A DNA stretch of 64,000 bases from Haplodiscus bocki (lineage: Eukaryota). The first letter of the stretch is position 1; every line of letters begins with the position of its first letter. A model generated the notes under the pieces. The model worked only from the letters and a program-made list of their open reading frames with translations, made no database searches and had not been told where the DNA came from. The DNA lies in contig OZ296658.1 of assembly GCA_965655095.1 (NCBI GenBank), positions 31,496,001 through 31,560,000 on the forward strand, given 5' to 3'. Position numbers and translations under genes: made by a program. This document shows positions 60,401 through 64,000 of the stretch, in pieces.

Positions 60401-62500
60401 GCTTAAAAATTTTCATTTTTCGGTTTTTCGCATTCAAATATGACAACCTAAATCTTCAAATGCATTTTGAAACCCTCCCATTTAGCCCGAAATTTTAACA
60501 GTAGTTTGCAAATGATAGTTGGGATGAAATGATGATGGTTTCCGAGTTTCTACCCAGGCGAAAAATTTCCGCCCGCTCGTTTTCTTTGCAAAAAGTAAAG
60601 TGTTCGAACGTAGCTTGTCATATCTTGAAGGTTTCGACTAACATCAGTGCCTGTCTCTTACGGGCCATAGTCACAGATTTTGTGCGTTTCGAAACACTTT
60701 CACAGTTTTTACGTAGAGAACAAACTTCCATTCCGTGGTGTTTTCCTAATCAGAATGTTTTCAAACGAGGAGGCTTTCAGTAACTTACTGCTAACTTTTA
60801 CAGTCTTCTTTCCTTTTTATCCTTTTCCAAAAAGAAGTTTCGCAACTGATAAAGAACTATTCTGTGGTTGGAAATCGTGAACTAAGTCTCTGAGCACCTG
60901 TTTTAATTTTCCCCGCTAAAATTGAGGAAAATTCAGAAATACTGTTTTCTGCAAACACTCATATTATTGGGTCTAAGGAGAATTCCGGTACAAAATTTAT
61001 AAAACTGTACGTTCAGGTCGCATAAAAAACTTTGCAGCACAAACTTTTCAAAACATGGATTTTTTGGTAAAACATTCGGAAAAGGTGTGTTTTTACGAGT
61101 ACATTTGATATTCCTGGACTAAAAACCATTTTCCTGAGATTGTGTAGCCCCTCATGTATCAAAAAACTGTTGTTTGTATTCTGCAAATGTACTTTTTAGT
61201 TTTTAGTGTAATGTTTATGTCAACGTTATGGGAAAAGTCTGGAAAAACAAGTTTCTAGTGCTCTTTCTCAGCAGAATTCGTAAAATCTCCAGAAAAATTC
61301 CATTGAACGCCCTCATTTGAGAGACCTTTTAGGCACCGGTAGTATTATTCTTAAAAGCATCCTGGCAAGACTCAGAAGTACATTCTAGCAAAAAACTTTA
61401 CCGCAAACATAGTCTTTTTTGAAGGAAGAAGTCTGATTTTTGTTATTGTGAGATAGCAAAACAGTGCTTTCAAGCTCAGAAATCACATCCTGTACTTTCA
61501 TAAATACACACAATGATACCAAAAAGGTTGATGTATTCTTCTTATCTTTTCCAAAAGTCTTTACTGCAGTAATTTCATAGTAAGAAACTCCAAAAAAGTC
61601 GGCCGAAAATCTCTGACTTTATTGTATGTCACTTTCGAAAATAGGATGTTAAGGCTTCATGAAAGAACATTTTTGCAACAAATCTACCACTTGTGTTTCA
61701 CTTTTGTTTCCGCAGGCAGCGTGGTCGAAGTTTGGGTTTTTTTTGCTGGGAGAGAGTTCAGAATTTCACCTCTTACATGGTTTGCTCCATCGGGAACCTT
61801 TTTTCTGTATTTGACATTCAATAATGCTATTTCGAAGCCCTGAATGTGCCATGGAAACATGATACTTTGCCTAGGTTTAGCTCTGTCCTCAGCCATTTTT
61901 CGATAAAAAAAATAAAAAGAACATTTTTCGAAAAAACGGCAAAACGTCTGCATTGGCAAGAAAGTTGCGCTGCCTTGTTTTAATGACGACTAATCAAGTT
62001 TCAGGAAAGTGCATGACCAATCTTGTTTGTTTTACCAAAAAAAAGTTGTCGATGGCTTTGTCTAAGCACCAAAAGTTCAATGGTTTTTGATTTTTTTGTA
62101 GATTATTTCCAAAAGTGACAAACTGCAGCTAATTCGGGTTTTTTCAACAAAAAAACTTTTGAGAGAAAAAGTTTCAAAAACTAAATGATACGTCTTCTAC
62201 TTCAGTTTACTTTCAATCCATGTCCTTCGCTAGATTATCAACTGCAGTAAAAGCAGCAGAAACTGAAGAACTAAGCTAAAGGAACAACAAATGACTATAA
62301 GTAGTGCTCGAACCCCTGCGCTGTTTCTTTGCTATTTTGTTTTCTTTATTTCCTTCAAGTACGTTACCCATTTTCGTTGTTTTTCTAACGTCTCCTACAT
62401 ATTCTGTAATGTAGTCACTAACCTTGAGGATCATTTTAAACTCTAGCACATTATGTTGGTTATTCAATTTCCTATGTCAATGTTGAAACGTTGTCACGAT
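57500..62500 (-). pseudogene. Possible second, very decayed Maverick/Polinton-like relic (PolB followed by packaging ATPase)
   Basis: Weak minus-strand motif echoes only: TLDDAAEE (Walker B-like, ~57990-58010), GP..SGVK-like stretch (~58200-58225), GIFSRTVI..KLY and YERLSFSLEFDNR (PolB C-terminus-like, 58264-58464). Boundaries uncertain. Confidence 0.35.
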
Positions 62501-64000
62501 TTTTCAATTTACTCCAGAGTTGGGTTCCGATGTTAGATCCGAAGTTAGTTTTATTAGGCGGCGTTTTGACTTAAATGAAAATGCCTGTTTTGGCAGTTGC
62601 TTTTCCAATACAATAAAATTTGCTTTGACTCGCTACGTTTTTCAAAGAAATGCTCAAAGCTGGCCTTTTAAGGCTGCCAATTGGCCATATACTAAAATAC
62701 ATCTGACGCTGAAAAAAGTGCGTCGTTACCTTCCTTACCAAACAGCTGAAATTCTTTGAAAATACAAACACCAGAAAAAAATTTGAACTAATTACTTGAC
62801 TTGCCCAGTGAAAAACGGACCGAGGAAAACCCTTTCAATTTGTTTCAGTCATTAGAAAGCAGCAAGTCAAATATCAAAACCATTCGTAAATCAAACTTGT
62901 CGGAAAAACCAACAGATTTGAAAGCACCAAAGGGTTATCACGAAAGTTTTCAGCCTTACATTGAACCGATTGTGGTGCACTGACTCTGAACGTCTCAGCT
63001 GGTTTCTGATAAATTTGTGTATTCGTAATGAGTGCGTCTTTGCATGTCAAACTCACTTTCTTTGAATAGAAAACCATTTGCCTCAGCGATAAAACTACCA
63101 AGACTCTCATTACTCCTATTAGGATCCATATTCTGTTTCTAACTGGTTCAAGTGGTCTTGCTTGAATTTATCTTGGTTTTTCTTCAAGATTATCTTTGCT
63201 CCTGGGCGTGAACTACATTTCTAGGCTTTAGTCCCGGGCATGAATTGGTTGACGTGGAAGCCATTTCAACTGCAAGAACTATTAGGTTCTCATTAGCGGC
63301 AACACTGACATCATGGGCACTGCTTTTACGTGTGGAAACTACCTTACCTTATCCACTTCACTAGGCTCTTTCTCGACGATAAATTTCCAGCGTTTGCACC
63401 ATTACTTGAGTGTCGTCGACAAACAACAATCTAATTGCACCACCGAGAGTGATATTTTGGATCGTTACTCCTAGCCAACGTTCACTTTCAGTTTAATGCT
63501 CGCCATTTCCTATAAATTGTTCGTTTGCTGCTTCATCTAATTGGCTGAGAAGTCTATTGTTCTCTTGACATTTTTACGAGTGGAAGCTGTGTCCGTTTAA
63601 ACAAACAAATTGAAGTGAAGATCAAAACAATTTCATCAACATTCTGAACAATTAGCGGTGTTTGAACAAAGATTATATAGCGAAGTGTAGAGCGTAGTAT
63701 TTATCTGATCAACTTAAGGTCGTAACGTGACCTTCGAGTTTTTTATAAATGTATGTCTGGGTCTTTTCATGCTGACATCTCCTTTAGTTGACATTCTTTC
63801 CACTTTTCAAGCAGATAGATTGTTTCATGAGGTCACAACTGGAACTGTGACTGTAGCAATGACTAAGGCTATAAATGTCACTAAGATTAAAGAAATTACT
63901 GCGATGTGCATATCGTCTACCAGCTTTGATGTACGAGGACACAAGCATCAAAATAAACAAGAAATGGGGTGGTATTCAACAGTGAACTGGTAGATCTCAA

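Overview
AT-rich eukaryotic (invertebrate-animal-like) genomic DNA made mostly of mobile elements, with one clear host gene. The main features are two adjacent, same-strand, env-bearing LTR retroelements (Ty3/Gypsy, Metaviridae-like) organised like complex retroviruses and carrying captured host-type domains. Element A (6421-18619; ~1.38 kb LTRs, TAAG target-site duplication) lacks PR/RT/RNase H/integrase core. It has a decayed gag in frame with an integrase C-terminal remnant, arrays of covarying RNA hairpins, a chuvirus-G-like (class III) envelope gene and a coiled-coil + TRAF-type MATH domain ORF next to the 3' LTR. Element B (20038-34361; near-identical ~0.77 kb LTRs with non-canonical TA..AA ends, CAAC TSD, tRNA-Leu PBS) encodes gag, a -1 frameshift site, PR-RT-RNase H-[TARG1/OARD1 macrodomain]-integrase and an intact class I F-type envelope. 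Two further 3' ORFs follow: coiled-coil + DnaJ J-domain (HPDK), and an SGNH-like protein. Env and both 3' ORFs each sit behind a splice-acceptor-like site. The rest of the window holds Maverick/Polinton-type polymerase relics, a decayed CR1/L2-like LINE (apparently the target of element B), a MITE-like element, an old decayed LTR element, a 200-N gap and an intronless secreted PAN/apple + C-type lectin gene. All domain calls come from motif recognition by eye; no database search was run.
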